Origin: Candidatus Bathyarchaeota archaeon
Lineage (GTDB): Archaea; Thermoproteota; Bathyarchaeia; Bathyarchaeales; Bathycorpusculaceae
Length of the DNA stretch: 64,000 nt
Assembly (NCBI GenBank): GCA_963770935.1
Contig: CAVYRJ010000009.1
Location: 140,728-204,727 of the forward strand
Direction of reading: 5' to 3'
Below, in pieces: positions 63,235 to 64,000 of this stretch; the stretch's first letter is position 1; each line of letters begins with the position of its first letter. Under the pieces are notes generated by a model. It had not been told where the DNA came from and made no database searches. It saw only the letters and a list, made by a program, of their open reading frames with translations. A program made the position numbers and the translations under genes.

Positions 63235-63576
63235 TTAGGACAATACGAAGCCGATGACAAAGCCAACGATTAGTCCTAAACCCAGCGGCAACATACCCAT
63301 TAGAAGTACCCCGTATTGAACTGCTATAGGACCATATGTGTCTGCAAGACCTTTCAAGGCGCCAAGACTTAAACCGAAAAACCCAAAGTAAGCAACCACA
63401 ACCAATATAATCGCAGCTATAATCGCAATCTTTAGCATTTTATGAACCAAATAACCCACAATCAATCCAATTACAAATGGAATAATCATTACTACAATTG
63501 GCGGTAAACCACCTATGCTTCCAGAAGTAATGAACCCAAATACATCTTCTAAGGCACCCAAAATTCCAAACTCCAA
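63235..63576 (-). CDS. FUN14-like small membrane protein
   Basis: PFVIGLIVGYLVHKMLKIAII...GLGLIVGFVIG. Confidence 0.65.
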   Translation of the reverse strand: MEFGILGALEDVFGFITSGSIGGLPPIVVMIIPFVIGLIVGYLVHKMLKIAIIAAIILVVVAYFGFFGLSLGALKGLADTYGPIAVQYGVLLMGMLPLGLGLIVGFVIGFVLS

Positions 63577-63604
63577 ACAAGTTACTTAACGGTTCAAATT
63601 ACTT

Positions 63605-63637
63605 ATAAGGTTGTGTTACTGTAGGTCCACAGTAACA
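63605..63637 (-). promoter_or_regulatory. Dyad plus TATA promoter element, copy 6 (perfect 9-bp arms)
   Basis: ataa ggttg TGTTACTGT aggtcc ACAGTAACA; CTTATAAG about 27 nt from TTG 63576. Confidence 0.85.
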
Positions 63638-63930
63638 CGTCATTTATGAGGATTGCTGTATGGTTTTGACGCAGCTTAAGCAAACAGATTGCAAATGGGA
63701 ATAGCCTGCACCTTGTTGAAGACCCTTAATTTGTCTTTTTGACCGCATGGTTGATGTTCAAAGAATTGAGCATGGAAATATAGAGACGATTGATTAACAT
63801 CTTGCGAAAAAGGAATGGCGTGGATTCCAAGAATTGCGAGTCTCTAATAAGTAGAACTCTGCATTGAAGGCCTTAAGTTCTTTAGAAAAGGGAGGCCTAA
63901 AACATGCAAAACCACCAAAAACAAGCATTC

Positions 63931-63990
63931 ATCGCCAGGATAAACCCCTGTATGTTTTAACATATTGGTGCTGGAGGTGGGATTCGGACT
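63931..63990. repeat. Right copy of the degenerate direct repeat with tRNA 3'-end-like sequence
   Basis: atcgccaggataaacccctgtatgttttaacatattggtgctggaggtgggattcggact. Minus strand reads GTCCGAATCCCACCTCCAGCACCA. Confidence 0.7.
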
Positions 63991-64000
63991 ACCTGTCAGG

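Noticed and set aside
57718-63637. Dyad repeats as a CRISPR array, integron attC sites or dif-like recombination sites (9-6-9 geometry)
   Set aside because: Spacing is 0.7-2.1 kb with genes between copies. There are no RYYYAAC/GTTRRRY ends, the central 6-mers differ, and no recombinase or cas gene is present. The fixed TATA spacing upstream of start codons fits a promoter better. A recombination role is not formally excluded.
63966-64000. Intact tRNA gene at the window end
   Set aside because: The T-loop is degenerate (GTCCGAA), the T-stem does not pair well, and the 5' part lies outside the window. Treated as a remnant.

Overview
Archaeal chromosomal window, most likely Bathyarchaeia. This is inferred from ftr, aRF1, aIF2-alpha, an anchored PQQ-like beta-propeller protein and frequent TTG starts. 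1-16.4 kb is accessory: SF1 helicase, degenerate PLD, secreted hydrolase, STAND-TPR regulator, MFS, SDR, REC, arrestin-like and PQQ-like proteins. 16.5-39.2 kb is core metabolism: ACT-thrC-hom-lysC divergent from argG-argH-carA-carB, a methanogen-type homocysteine/sulfide-assimilation triad, aRF1, ftr, IMPase, a CdrS/aCcr1-like RHH, pyrF and aIF2-alpha. 39.4-56 kb is accessory: multicopper oxidase, histidine kinase, CE4 deacetylase, UvsE next to a TudS-DUF1722 fusion, and gene remnants. The best candidate for a new system is a ~7.8-kb module (56.15-63.99 kb) bounded by degenerate direct repeats that end in tRNA 3'-end sequence. Inside it, six transcription units of small stress-type and membrane proteins are each preceded by the same 24-bp dyad TGT-N3-TGT-N6-ACA-N3-ACA, exactly 5 bp from a weak TATA-like box, and a TrmB-family regulator gene lies among them. 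About 20 single-base insertions break otherwise intact genes, most likely from long-read assembly error. All family assignments come from motif recognition, not database searches.
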